Positions 26,727 to 36,401 of a stretch of 64,000 nt of DNA are shown piece after piece. Every line of letters starts with the position of its first letter. Position 1 is the stretch's first letter. The translations under genes and the position numbers were made by a program. The notes below the pieces were generated by a model. The model was given only the letters and a program-made list of their open reading frames with translations. It had not been told where the DNA came from and searched no databases. The stretch is from a bacterium BMS3Abin01 (GTDB lineage: Bacteria; Actinomycetota; Thermoleophilia; BMS3ABIN01), in assembly GCA_002897715.1 (NCBI GenBank), contig BDUA01000040.1:1142-65141 (forward strand), written 5' to 3'.

Positions 26727-28391
26727 TCATGGTGCGATACTCATCTTCTGCAGGGTGAATTGGGCTATCTTCTGGAAGGCGGGCGCCGCCACGGCGGCGC
26801 CGGTGCCGCGGGGGTGGGGCTCGTCCACCATCACCAGTATGACTACCTTGGGGTCGGATACGGGCGCGAAGCCGATAAAGGAGCCTATATAATTCTCGTT
26901 GGAGTAACCGCTGCCGTCGGGCAGGGGTTTCTGGGCGGTCCCGGTCTTGCCGGCTACCGTGTAACCCTCAACCTGCGCCAGCGGCGCCCCTTTGCCCTCG
27001 ACCACGGTGGTGAGGTACTTCCGTAGCAGGCTGGTGGTGCGTTCACTGATAAGCCGTTCCCCCGGCTGGGACTGGAGCGTCTGGTCGCCGACCCGGCAAA
27101 CAAGCCGCGGCGTCACGGCGATGCCTCCGTTGGCGATGGTCGCGTAACCGGCGACCATCTGAATGGCGGTGACCGATATTCCTTGCCCGATAGGGACGTT
27201 GCCGATAGTGGAGCCGGACCACTGGTCCAGCGGCAGGACGATGCCCTCCGCCTCCCCGGGGAAGTCGATACCGGTAGTTGAGCCGAAGCCCAGCTTGTGT
27301 ATCCAGGCTTCCAGATTCTCGGCGCCGTCTCGCATAGCCACGGTGACCGCCCCGATGTTGCTGGAATTCTCGAGGATGGTCTCCAGGTCCCAGTCCACCG
27401 GCCCACGGTCATAGGAATCATGTATGGTTCGCTCGCCCAGCTCCAGGGTGACCGGCAGATGCAGGATCTGTCCCGGCTGTATGGCTCCGTCCTCCAGCCC
27501 GGCGGTGGCGGTGAACGCCTTGAACACCGAGCCCGGTTCGTAGGTGTCGGTCACCGCCCGGTTGCGCCGGGCTTCGTCCGACAGGTGGTTGAACTCGTTG
27601 GCGTCGGCGGTAGGCACATTGACCATGGCGTATATCTCGCCGGTATTCGGGTCCATGATGATGGCCATGGCGCTTTTGGCGTTCCATTCCTTCACCGTCT
27701 TGGTGAGTATCTTCTCCGTCTCGAACTGGAGTGACTGGTCGATGGTCAGCCAGACGTCGGCGCCGCGGGTGCCCTCTTCCAGGCTCAGCATCTCGATATG
27801 TTTGCCGCCGGCATCAGTGATGACCCGTTCCCGGCCACCGGTACCCGAAAGATCGTCGTTCATCTCCAGCTCCATGCCCGCCAGGCCCTGGTTATCGGTG
27901 CCGGCATAGCCCAGCACCTGGGCCGCCAGCGAACCCTGGGGATAAACCCGCTTCTCCTCGGTCATGATGCCCAGACCGGGTATATTCTCGTTCTCCACCG
28001 CCGCCGCCACCTCGGGTTCCACCTTGCGCGCCACGTAGACGAAGCCGGCGTCCTTATCCGACAGGGTTGCCAGCAGGTCATTGGAGTCCATCTGCAGTAT
28101 GGGCGCCAGGGTCTGGGAGACCGCCAGCGGGTCATCGATGAGGTAGGGGGTGGCGTAGATGGTCTTGGTCTCCTGGCCCACGGCCAGCTCGTTGCCGAAA
28201 CGGTCGTAGATGGTGCCGCGGCGAGCCGGTAGTTCTATCTGCTGGACATGCTGTGCGTCGGCCAGGGCGGAAAGCTCATCGGCGTTCACCGCCTGGAGGA
28301 ACACAGCCCTGACGACGATGGCGCAGAAGAAGATCGAGAAGCTCAGCAGAATCCAGCGAATCCGTCTGTCCGGATTGCCTATCACCGTCAT
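26727..28391 (-). CDS. ftsI: class B penicillin-binding protein (FtsI-type transpeptidase)
   Basis: N-terminal TM helix, then the PBP dimer domain, then SxxK (GSVFK), SSN and KTG(T) (AGKTGTA) motifs. The ATG at 28391 lies one nt after the ftsL-like stop. The track start at 28505 overlaps by 113 nt. Confidence 0.9.
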   Translation of the reverse strand: MTVIGNPDRRIRWILLSFSIFFCAIVVRAVFLQAVNADELSALADAQHVQQIELPARRGTIYDRFGNELAVGQETKTIYATPYLIDDPLAVSQTLAPILQMDSNDLLATLSDKDAGFVYVARKVEPEVAAAVENENIPGLGIMTEEKRVYPQGSLAAQVLGYAGTDNQGLAGMELEMNDDLSGTGGRERVITDAGGKHIEMLSLEEGTRGADVWLTIDQSLQFETEKILTKTVKEWNAKSAMAIIMDPNTGEIYAMVNVPTADANEFNHLSDEARRNRAVTDTYEPGSVFKAFTATAGLEDGAIQPGQILHLPVTLELGERTIHDSYDRGPVDWDLETILENSSNIGAVTVAMRDGAENLEAWIHKLGFGSTTGIDFPGEAEGIVLPLDQWSGSTIGNVPIGQGISVTAIQMVAGYATIANGGIAVTPRLVCRVGDQTLQSQPGERLISERTTSLLRKYLTTVVEGKGAPLAQVEGYTVAGKTGTAQKPLPDGSGYSNENYIGSFIGFAPVSDPKVVILVMVDEPHPRGTGAAVAAPAFQKIAQFTLQKMSIAP

Positions 28392-28392
28392 C

Positions 28393-28854
28393 TTAGGGGG
28401 ACGCCGCCAGACCGTAGCCAGCCCCTTCAGGGTTGTCCAGTTGCGCGTAGTCCTGTCCCGGGCCGGAAGGGCCGATATAGACATATGCCAGGGTTTCGGG
28501 AGCAACCATGCCCAGGGGTCCGGTGGCTATCTCCTCGATGCGTTGCGGCGACCTGAGAGCGGCAACCTCGCTCGACAGACGGGAGTTATCCGCAGACAGG
28601 GTGTTCTTTTCATCTACCAGCTGGTTGTACTCTATGTTCTTCTTGAGGATGCCCACGTGCAATGCCACCAGGCCGATGAGGCAGATGGCCACGGCGCTCA
28701 GCCAGAAACCTGTATGCACCATTCGCCGCGCGCGTAACTGCACACGGCCGGCCGGTTCGGGGGCGGACTGCTGACGGCGCTGCCGCTGCGGCTGCTGCTC
28801 GAACTTGGCGGTTATCTCGGAAAAGCCCCAGTCTTTTTGAGTGGCTCCAGCCAT
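28393..28854 (-). CDS. ftsL: FtsL-like bitopic cell division protein
   Basis: 153 aa: a Gln/Arg-rich cytoplasmic head, a single TM helix (FWLSAVAICLIGLVALHVGIL), then a coiled coil. It occupies the canonical slot between rsmH and ftsI. Confidence 0.55.
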   Translation of the reverse strand: MAGATQKDWGFSEITAKFEQQPQRQRRQQSAPEPAGRVQLRARRMVHTGFWLSAVAICLIGLVALHVGILKKNIEYNQLVDEKNTLSADNSRLSSEVAALRSPQRIEEIATGPLGMVAPETLAYVYIGPSGPGQDYAQLDNPEGAGYGLAASP

Positions 28855-28861
28855 CTCTCCC

Positions 28862-29851
28862 CTAGCCCAGTTTCTCCGCTGCCCTCAGCTTGGCCGATTG
28901 CGAACGCGGGTTCTCGCCTATCTCGTCCGCCGACGGCGTCACCGGCCGGCGGGTGAGTACCTTGATGGAGGCTTCGGCGCCGCAAACACACTGGGGCAGG
29001 TCCGGCGGGCACTCGCACCTGCCCACGCGGGCGTTGAAGAAACGCTTGACGATCCGGTCCTCCAGGGAATGAAAACTTATCACCGCCAGGCAGCCGCCCG
29101 GCGCCAGCAGGTTCAGAGCCATGTCCAGCCCCCGCTCCAGCGAGGCCAGCTCGTCATTGACCGCGATCCTCAGTGCCTGGAAGACCCGGCGCGCGGGGTG
29201 GCCGGCGCCGAAACGCGCCGGTGTCGGTATGGCCGCCTTGACCGTGTCCACCAGTTGCAGCGTGGTCTCGTAAGGCCGCTTTTCCCGCTCGCGGCAGATA
29301 TACCTGGCGATCTGGCGTGAATAGCGCTCCTCGCCGTAATCCTTGAATATACGGACCAGCTCCTCGTAGGAGTACCCGTTCACCACCTGCCTGGCCGTGA
29401 GAGAGGTCTCCGGGTCCATGCGCATATCCAGGGGGGCGTTATAGCTGTAAGAGAAGCCACGCTCCGGACGGTCCAGCTGCATGGATGAAACGCCCAGGTC
29501 CAGGTAGATGAGATCCGCCTGGAAGCCGTTATCTCCCATATCCTGCAAGGCGTCGGCGAAATTGCTGTGGATGAACCGGCAACGGCAGGCCTGCTCCTGC
29601 TCAAACATATCGAAGTACCGCTGCGCCTCCGGGTCACGGTCTATGCCGATGAACACCGCCGGCTCATCCAGCAGCGCCGCTATCTTGCGGGCGTGCCCGC
29701 CGGCGCCGAAGGTGCAGTCGATGACCGTGTCATCCGGCTGGGGGTCGAGCAGTTCCACCAGCTCCCCGGCGAGGACCGGCTGGTGTCCTCCGTTTGACGA
29801 AACGTCCCAAACGCTGTCGTTTAGCTGCATGCTCCCTTCTCCCTTGGTCAC
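28862..29851 (-). CDS. rsmH: 16S rRNA (cytosine1402-N4)-methyltransferase
   Basis: HQPVL..E....L, DCTFGAGGH, D.DP.A, DLGVSS.QLD...RGFS and SFHSLEDR.VK motifs. Confidence 0.95.
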   Translation of the reverse strand: MTKGEGSMQLNDSVWDVSSNGGHQPVLAGELVELLDPQPDDTVIDCTFGAGGHARKIAALLDEPAVFIGIDRDPEAQRYFDMFEQEQACRCRFIHSNFADALQDMGDNGFQADLIYLDLGVSSMQLDRPERGFSYSYNAPLDMRMDPETSLTARQVVNGYSYEELVRIFKDYGEERYSRQIARYICREREKRPYETTLQLVDTVKAAIPTPARFGAGHPARRVFQALRIAVNDELASLERGLDMALNLLAPGGCLAVISFHSLEDRIVKRFFNARVGRCECPPDLPQCVCGAEASIKVLTRRPVTPSADEIGENPRSQSAKLRAAEKLG

Positions 29852-29867
29852 GGGAGCGCGGCGGCCA

Positions 29868-30299
29868 TCAGACCTGCCCCGACTGTTCCCGTTTTTTGGT
29901 TTCCGCCCTGTAGGCGTTCCACCTCTTCAGGTCCCAGATCTCGAACCTGTTCCTGACACCCATGAAGATGACTTCCTTGCCGATGCCCGCCACCTTGATA
30001 TGGTTGGGCTTCAGGCCGATGCGACCCTGTTTGTCCATCTCGCACTTCTCCATGGAGCCGAAGAATTTTCGCTCGATAGCCCGGTCCTCGGCGCTATCGA
30101 TATAATCCAGCCCGGACAGCTTCTTCTCCGCCAGTTTGTCCCACTCCGATTCCGGAAAAGCCTGCAGGCAACCGTCGAAGGATTCCATCACCACCACCTT
30201 CTCCCTGCCGATCACCTCGCGGAACTTTGCAGGGATAGCCACCCTGTTCTTCGAATCTAATGAGTGCTTGTACTGTCCCCAAAATTTGTACATTGGCAT
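29868..30299 (-). CDS. mraZ: transcriptional regulator MraZ
   Basis: Two SpoVT/AbrB-like halves carrying DxxxR motifs (LDSKNRVAIP and MDKQGRIGL). Confidence 0.95.
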   Translation of the reverse strand: MPMYKFWGQYKHSLDSKNRVAIPAKFREVIGREKVVVMESFDGCLQAFPESEWDKLAEKKLSGLDYIDSAEDRAIERKFFGSMEKCEMDKQGRIGLKPNHIKVAGIGKEVIFMGVRNRFEIWDLKRWNAYRAETKKREQSGQV

Positions 30300-30330
30300 A
30301 ATACCTTTGCTGGCTCCCCATAATTGTCCC

Positions 30331-30357
30331 CCACTTTATACCACTTTTCCCCACAGA
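30331..30357 (-). promoter_or_regulatory. three direct GTGG-core repeats at exact 10-bp phasing, a candidate MraZ operator
   Basis: The plus strand reads ccactttata|ccacttttcc|ccacagaaca, which on the mraZ strand is ..GTGG..AAAGTGG..AAAGTGG. It lies 32-58 nt upstream of the mraZ ATG. A fourth, inverted AAAGTGG sits at 30378-30384. A possible -10 (GATAAT on the minus strand) lies at 30364-30369. Confidence 0.45.
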
Positions 30358-30597
30358 ACAAGCATTATCATGTAAAAAAAGTGGTGTTTTCACCGAAAGT
30401 ATCCATAAAAATGCCATAAAATGCGCAGATTTCGTTGCAAAGAGGCAATCCGCAGCTCTTCATTGCAGAAAAACACACGCCGTGCCTCCCGCCACCAACC
30501 GCCGACTGACCCGCGCGAACCCTGTCCGCCTGCCGCCGGACGAGGCACTATCGAACATCCGGCGCCGGCGGTAGTACAATGGTGTGGAGGGAAGTGG

Positions 30598-31335
30598 GTG
30601 AACATGTATGCTGTGATCTCCGATATCCACGCTAACCTGGAGGCCCTGGGAGCGGTCCTGGCCGATGCGGACATGGCGGGGGCGGACCGCCTTGTCTGTC
30701 TGGGTGACCTGGTGGGCTACGGCCCGGACCCCAACCGGTGCGTATCCCTGGTCAGGGAGGCGGCGGATGCAGTGGTCGCCGGCAACCACGACCTGGCCGC
30801 CGTCGGCCGGCTCGATATCTCCTGGTTCAACGACACGGCCCGCCGGGCGATCCGCTGGACCGCCGCCAGGCTGGAACCGGACATTTCCTCATATATAGCC
30901 TCCCTGCCGCTGGAGCGCAGGATCGGTGACACCCTCATGGTCCACGGCAGCCCCCGGAACCCGCTGGAGGAATATCTGCTGGACGGCTACGCCGCCAGAA
31001 GCAGCTTCGGCAGCGACGACTTTCACCTGTGCCTGGTGGGCCACTCCCACCGGCCGCTGGTATTCATGCTGGCAGCGAACGGTGAAGTTACCATGATGGA
31101 ACCGGGGGTTGACACGCTGCTGGAACTCAGGGACTCACACCGCTATATCGTCAATGCCGGCAGCGTGGGCCAGCCGCGGGACCGCAACCCGGCTGCCGCT
31201 TACTGCCTGTATGATCCGGAAGGGCAGGTCATCGCTTTCCGCCGTACCGCATACGCCGTAGAGCGGACGCAGGAGAAGATGAGGGCGGCCGGACTGCCAC
31301 GTTCGCTTATCGACAGGCTGGGCGACGGCCGGTGA
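30598..31335 (+). CDS. calcineurin-like metallophosphoesterase (YfcE/MJ0936-like)
   Basis: YAVISDIHAN, LGDLVGYGP, GNHD and GH.H motifs. GTG at 30598 or ATG at 30604, preceded by GGAGG at 30586-30590. The track start at 30421 is an extension. Confidence 0.8.
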   Translation: MNMYAVISDIHANLEALGAVLADADMAGADRLVCLGDLVGYGPDPNRCVSLVREAADAVVAGNHDLAAVGRLDISWFNDTARRAIRWTAARLEPDISSYIASLPLERRIGDTLMVHGSPRNPLEEYLLDGYAARSSFGSDDFHLCLVGHSHRPLVFMLAANGEVTMMEPGVDTLLELRDSHRYIVNAGSVGQPRDRNPAAAYCLYDPEGQVIAFRRTAYAVERTQEKMRAAGLPRSLIDRLGDGR

Positions 31336-31349
31336 TGGCCGTTCCCGCC

Positions 31350-31976
31350 TCAGGGCAGTTCGGGCGCGTTGGCGCTGGCTCCCGGATTATCCTGTTCGGC
31401 CATGAGCTGCTTGGCGACATGGCCGTAGCGGTTGGTGGGATTTATGTCGAAGGCTTTCTGCCATAACTGCCGGGCCTCATCCTGCTTGCCCGACTGGGCG
31501 TAGACGTTGCCCAGGTCCAGCAGGATGGGCTGGTAGTTGGTATCGATGGCCAGGCCCGCCTCCAGTTCCCGGACAGCGATATCCACCATGCCCATGGCGT
31601 AGTAAGCTTCGCCCAGTTGCCCGTGGTATGCGGCCTGGGTGCCGTCGATGGCTATAGCCTGATCGAACTGGTCCACAGCTTCCGAATACCTGCCCGTGCT
31701 CAGGTATATCTCACCCAGTCCGGCATAGGCTACGGCATCACCGGGGTTGCCGGCGATCAGTCCCTGGTACGCCTCGATCTGGGGGGTGTAATCCACGGGC
31801 TCGGACTGCTGCATCGCCGCCAGGTCCGCCGATGAATGCGGCGAGGCGTCGTCGCTGCCGCCCTTGATAATGTTGGGAAGCACGACCAGGACAGCTATCA
31901 GCACCCCCACCGCAGCGATGATACCCCAGTAATAAGATTTGAAATTCAAGAGCGCACCTCCGGAAGGAAAAGCCAT
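31350..31976 (-). CDS. membrane-anchored TPR-repeat protein
   Basis: N-terminal TM helix (YWGIIAAVGVLIAVLVVL), then about 4 TPR-like repeats (A.A..GLG..Y...G.Y.EA...F..A...). Confidence 0.7.
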   Translation of the reverse strand: MAFPSGGALLNFKSYYWGIIAAVGVLIAVLVVLPNIIKGGSDDASPHSSADLAAMQQSEPVDYTPQIEAYQGLIAGNPGDAVAYAGLGEIYLSTGRYSEAVDQFDQAIAIDGTQAAYHGQLGEAYYAMGMVDIAVRELEAGLAIDTNYQPILLDLGNVYAQSGKQDEARQLWQKAFDINPTNRYGHVAKQLMAEQDNPGASANAPELP

Positions 31977-32065
31977 GAAGTTAACCAGGATAATTATACC
32001 TGAAACCGGCGGCTATCTCGCTTCCCGATGTTAAGTATTGTTAAGGGACCGGCGTTATACCGCCG

Positions 32066-32845
32066 TTACAGGCCCTGGTTGAAGAGACCGAGATACAGGT
32101 CCAGCAGGTACTGTCCGGCGAACAGGGCCACTATGCCGCCCACCGCCAGAAAGGGACCGAAGGGGACCCGGCTTTTGCGGCCCTTCCTGCCGGTTATCAC
32201 CAGGGCCAGCCCCGCCAGCGCCCCCAGGAGGAAGCCGAGGAACAGAGCTACCAGCACCGACTTGCCCAGGTAGAAGCCCATCATCCCCGCCAGCTTGACG
32301 TCCCCCATGCCCATGCCGCCGGGTTTGATGATGGCCACCAGGAAGAAGAAAGCGGCGCTGATGACGCCGGCCAGGATCAGCTCCAGCCAGCGCCCCGGAT
32401 CGATGGCGATCATCGTCACCAGCCCGACGGCCGCTGCCGGCAGGACGATGACGTTGGGTATGATGTAATGCTCCATATCGATGAAGAACACGGCCACCAG
32501 GGCGGAGATGAACAGCAGCGCCGGAAACAGCTCCGGCTTCAGGCCGAAAGCCAGGCCCGCAAGCACATAGAGGACGGCGTTGGCGAATTCCACCAGGGGA
32601 TAACGCCGGGGGATGCGCTCACCGCAGTGACGGCACTTGCCCCTGAGGACGGCGTAGCTCAGGAGCGGGATGTTATCGTACCAGGAGATGGGCCGCTCGC
32701 AGCCGGTACAATGCGAGCCGGGTGAGACCAGGGAGCGCAGCTGCCGCCGCCATCCCTCCTCACGGGGCAGGCGGTATATGACCACGTTGAGGAAGCTGCC
32801 GATTATGGCGCCGAAGATGAAGATGACGATGAGGATCGGACCCAT
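32066..32845 (-). CDS. pilD: A24-family prepilin peptidase / N-methyltransferase
   Basis: Zinc-binding pairs CTGCERPISWYDNIPL and CRHCGERI, a polytopic membrane body, and GMGDVKL with the catalytic Asp. Confidence 0.85.
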   Translation of the reverse strand: MGPILIVIFIFGAIIGSFLNVVIYRLPREEGWRRQLRSLVSPGSHCTGCERPISWYDNIPLLSYAVLRGKCRHCGERIPRRYPLVEFANAVLYVLAGLAFGLKPELFPALLFISALVAVFFIDMEHYIIPNVIVLPAAAVGLVTMIAIDPGRWLELILAGVISAAFFFLVAIIKPGGMGMGDVKLAGMMGFYLGKSVLVALFLGFLLGALAGLALVITGRKGRKSRVPFGPFLAVGGIVALFAGQYLLDLYLGLFNQGL

Positions 32846-32854
32846 GGAAACCCC

Positions 32855-33511
32855 CTAGTTCGCCGGCTCGAGTACGATTATCTTATGGCCCGCCGGCAGG
32901 CCCGCTTCTTCCAGATCGATATCGCTGGTTCCGGTAATGTCCACATCCTTCTTGTCCTTGAGAAATGCGTCCACGCCGTCTATGGCGAACAGGCATCTGT
33001 CGTTGCGGAAATGCATGGGGATGGCAATCGCCGGGTCCAGCTGCCGCCACACCCGGGTGGCGGTCGCCGCGTCTATGGTGAAATTGCCGCCTACGGGAAT
33101 GAGCAGGACATCGACGGGGCCGATGGCCGCCGCCCGCTCAGAGTCGAGTTCGTGTCCCAGGTCTCCCAGGTGGCACACGGTGACACCGTCGGCGGAGAGG
33201 ATGAAGACCATATTGTCCCCCCGCCGGGCGCCGCCCTCTGTATCGTGCCAGGCGGCAACGCCGCGGATGCCGAAACCGTGAACCTGGCGGGGCTCCGCTG
33301 TGGTCACTATCACCGGCGCGCCGCCCAGGGCGCCGGTATTGTCATGGTCCGCGTGGTGGTGGCTGACCGTGACCACATCCGGAGCCGCTTCGATGGGAGT
33401 ATAAAAAAGAGTGTCAGGGAAGGCGGTGGTGTCATAAGGGTCGGTGAGCAGGGTGGCGCCCGAGGCGGAAGTGATGAGGAAACAACTATGTCCGAACCAT
33501 TTGATTTTCAT
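32855..33511 (-). CDS. MBL-fold metal-dependent hydrolase (UPF0173-like)
   Basis: MKIKWFGHSCFLI start, plus SHHHADH. Confidence 0.8.
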   Translation of the reverse strand: MKIKWFGHSCFLITSASGATLLTDPYDTTAFPDTLFYTPIEAAPDVVTVSHHHADHDNTGALGGAPVIVTTAEPRQVHGFGIRGVAAWHDTEGGARRGDNMVFILSADGVTVCHLGDLGHELDSERAAAIGPVDVLLIPVGGNFTIDAATATRVWRQLDPAIAIPMHFRNDRCLFAIDGVDAFLKDKKDVDITGTSDIDLEEAGLPAGHKIIVLEPAN

Positions 33512-33594
33512 CCCGGCCTCCTCCCGTTCAGCGATAGGTCACGTCCGTTCATCTACCGGGAAATATCCTACCCGGTACCGTCTGGCCCGCCATA

Positions 33595-34452
33595 TCACAT
33601 CTCGTCCGGCAACTCCCCGAGCTCCTTCAGGGAGAATACCGGGCCGTCGGTGCAAACATAACGGGGGCCCACGTTGCAGCGGCCGCAGAGGCCGATACCG
33701 CATTTCATCCGGCGCTCCAGGGTGGTGTATATCTGCTCGTCCCGGAAACCCATCTTGCCCAGGCTCTCCAGCACAAACTTGATCATTACCGGCGGACCGC
33801 AGGTCACGGCGATATTGTTCTCCGGAGAGGGCTCCTCTTCCTCCAGCACCGCCGGCACCAGCCCCACACGCCCCTCCCAGTCCTGGTTGCCCGTGTCGAT
33901 AGTGGTGATGAAGTCGACATCGCCGCACTGCTTCCAGTCACGGCAATCGTCCCGGTAGCAGATATCGGACGGAGTACGGGCGCCGTAGATGAGCTGCAGG
34001 TGGCCGTACTCCTCACGGTGGTCCATCATGTGCAGAAACAGCGATCGCAGGGGGGCCATGCCGATGCCGCCGCCTATCACCAGCACGTTCTTGCCCTGCC
34101 ACCGGTCCACGGGGAAATGGTTTCCCATAGGCGCCCTGACCGTTACCCTGTCCCCCACGGCCAGCTCGTGGATGGCGGTGGTCACCACCCCGGTCTTCAT
34201 CACCGAGAACTGGATATATTCGCGCTGCGAAGGCGGGGAGGCGATGGCGAAGGTCGATTCGCCGGCGCCCATCACCCCCAGCTGGCCCACCTGGCCCGGC
34301 TGAAAGGTGAAGGAGGTCATGAGTTCCTCGTCATCGAAGACCACCCGCAGCGACTTGATGTTATGCGTCTCCCTGATAACGTCGACTACCGTGGCCTTTT
34401 CGGGGCGGAGCGGTTCCAGGGCTTTCTTTCCCTGGCGCGGGATGGTGGACAT
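33595..34452 (-). CDS. flxA: FAD/NAD(P)H-binding oxidoreductase with C-terminal 2Fe-2S (FlxA / HydG / AsrB-like)
   Basis: FNR-like fold motifs (FTFQPGQ, ASPP, GGGIGMAP) and the C-terminal cluster CGIGLCGRCNVG. Its start abuts the end of the preceding gene. Confidence 0.7.
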   Translation of the reverse strand: MSTIPRQGKKALEPLRPEKATVVDVIRETHNIKSLRVVFDDEELMTSFTFQPGQVGQLGVMGAGESTFAIASPPSQREYIQFSVMKTGVVTTAIHELAVGDRVTVRAPMGNHFPVDRWQGKNVLVIGGGIGMAPLRSLFLHMMDHREEYGHLQLIYGARTPSDICYRDDCRDWKQCGDVDFITTIDTGNQDWEGRVGLVPAVLEEEEPSPENNIAVTCGPPVMIKFVLESLGKMGFRDEQIYTTLERRMKCGIGLCGRCNVGPRYVCTDGPVFSLKELGELPDEM

Positions 34453-35486
34453 CAGCGCTCACCTGCCGCTCTGAGAACATCCCGGATGTCCAGGCCCACC
34501 GGGCAACCGCGGATGCAACGGCCGCAGCCGGTACAGAGGACAGGCCCCTGGTTGGCGGGATAGTAACTGAACTTGTGGCCGATGCGGTTGCGATAGCGGT
34601 GGGCGATGGTCGGACGGGGATTGTGCCCCGAAGTCTCCAGCGTATACAGATAGAACATGCAGGCGTCCCAACTGCGGCATCGCTCGCCGTCCCGGCTGCT
34701 GGACATCTCGTCGTACATATCGAAACAGTAGCAGGTGGGACAGGTGTAGGTGCAGTAGCCGCAGGAGACACACTTGGCGGTGAGTTCCCGCCAGAAGTCC
34801 AGGTCGGAGAACAGGCTGCCGACCAGCTTGGCCTCCAGAGCCTCGAACGGTACCCGGTCCGTGACCGCCAGCTCCGGCGGCTCCAGGTCGCTGTCCTCCC
34901 AGATATCCAGAGCCAGCAGCTCCTCGCCCCGGGGGCTGACACTCCGCGCCAGGTAGCCTTCCCCGGCCGGGTAGAGCATGAGGTCCGAACCCTGGGTGGA
35001 CGCCGTACCCTCCTTCCAGGAGGAGCAGAAGCAGGCGGCGTCCCCGGCGGTGCAGGCCAGGGTGATCACCAGGAGGTTGCGGCGCCGGGACCGGTAACCA
35101 GGGTCCTGGTATGACTCACCGGGCGGCAGCGCCAGCAGGGCATCCAGAACGGTGAAGGCCCGGGCGTCGCAGACACGAGCGCCGAACAGGACGGTGTCGC
35201 CCCGTCCCTGATCGGCACCGGTTATATCCAGCGCCTCCCCTTCAGGCGTGAGGCTGTAACTGAAACTCAACAGTTTCTCGCTGGCGGGCAATACCAGCTT
35301 CTTGGCGGAGAGGGTAGTGAAGCGGTCCAGTTCCACCGCATCCCCCGGACGCCAGGGTGCGAACAGTACCGTGCCGGCCGCGCCCTCCGGTTCCCGCGGC
35401 GCCCACACCGGCCCCCGTTCTCCCAGCCGCTCCAGCAGACCATCGATCCTGTCCGATGCAATAAATTTCATCATCCCTTGCCCCAT
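34452..35486 (-). CDS. flxB: 4Fe-4S dicluster protein (FlxB / HydB / AsrA-like)
   Basis: CVSCGYCTYTCPTCYCFD and CTGCGRCIRGCPVG. 344 aa, with a 16-nt overlap with the upstream gene. Confidence 0.65.
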   Translation of the reverse strand: MGQGMMKFIASDRIDGLLERLGERGPVWAPREPEGAAGTVLFAPWRPGDAVELDRFTTLSAKKLVLPASEKLLSFSYSLTPEGEALDITGADQGRGDTVLFGARVCDARAFTVLDALLALPPGESYQDPGYRSRRRNLLVITLACTAGDAACFCSSWKEGTASTQGSDLMLYPAGEGYLARSVSPRGEELLALDIWEDSDLEPPELAVTDRVPFEALEAKLVGSLFSDLDFWRELTAKCVSCGYCTYTCPTCYCFDMYDEMSSSRDGERCRSWDACMFYLYTLETSGHNPRPTIAHRYRNRIGHKFSYYPANQGPVLCTGCGRCIRGCPVGLDIRDVLRAAGER

Positions 35487-36397
35487 ATATCCTTGTTCAC
35501 GTCGAAGACCAGCAGGGGCGGCCGGGCCTTCAGGCTGGCGCCGGCCCCGTAGGCGAACATCTCCTCGATGGCGTGGTTCTGCTCATCGAGCAGCAGCATC
35601 AGGGGGATACCCACGGGACAGGCCCGCTCGCATTCACCGCAGCCGGTGCAGCGGCCCGCCAGGTGGTTGACCCGGATGAGCTGTATCATCTCCGACTGTT
35701 TGGCGTCCACGGCACCGCCGGCCCAGCGGGGTATCTGGGTCTGCATGATGCAGACATCCCGGCAGAAGCACATGGGACACACCTCGCGGCAGGCGTAACA
35801 GCGGATACATCGCGAGAACTGCTCCCGCCAGAAAGACCGGCGCTCCGCCGGCGTGAGCGAGACAAACATGTCATGCAGGGGATGCGGCCGGACGGTATCG
35901 GTGGGTATCTCTCCCGTAACCTCGCCGGCGATGACATCATAGATGTCCGGGTCCGCCTCCAGGCACCCGTGGCACTTGCGCTGGATAAACTCATCGCGGT
36001 TCACCTGCTCGCCGCCGATCAGCAGGGAATCATCCCGGTCCTTGATGGCGACGCCGTAACCGTAGCGGCGCCATATCTTCTTGACATCCAGCAGGCTGCC
36101 GCAGCCGACACCGATGACCGCAAGCTGCTCCCGTTGGACCTCATGTTCGATTATCAGCTCTATCACGCTGCGCGCGTCGCATCCCTTGGCGACGATGCCC
36201 ACCCTGCTGTCCTTGAGCCGGGGCAGGTGTACCGCCAGATTGTGCGCACAGGTGGAGTCGAACACCGCCTGCTCCGCTTCCTTCTCGTCATGGAAACGGG
36301 CGGGCGTGGCCACCCCGGTGACGGGGTCGGTAGTCCAGCCCAGCACCAGGTCGGTCTCCTTCAAGACATTTTTAATGGTGTCGACGATCCCGTTCAT
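35471..36397 (-). CDS. flxC: Fe-S protein (FlxC-like; FrhB/FdhB-like N-terminus)
   Basis: CIRCYACREVCPMCFC and CTGCGECERACPVG. The ATG at 36397 (MNGIVDTIKN) lies 4 nt after the mvhD-like stop. The track start at 36460 is an Arg-rich extension. Confidence 0.6.
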   Translation of the reverse strand: MNGIVDTIKNVLKETDLVLGWTTDPVTGVATPARFHDEKEAEQAVFDSTCAHNLAVHLPRLKDSRVGIVAKGCDARSVIELIIEHEVQREQLAVIGVGCGSLLDVKKIWRRYGYGVAIKDRDDSLLIGGEQVNRDEFIQRKCHGCLEADPDIYDVIAGEVTGEIPTDTVRPHPLHDMFVSLTPAERRSFWREQFSRCIRCYACREVCPMCFCRDVCIMQTQIPRWAGGAVDAKQSEMIQLIRVNHLAGRCTGCGECERACPVGIPLMLLLDEQNHAIEEMFAYGAGASLKARPPLLVFDVNKDIWGKG

Positions 36398-36401
36398 ACC
36401 C

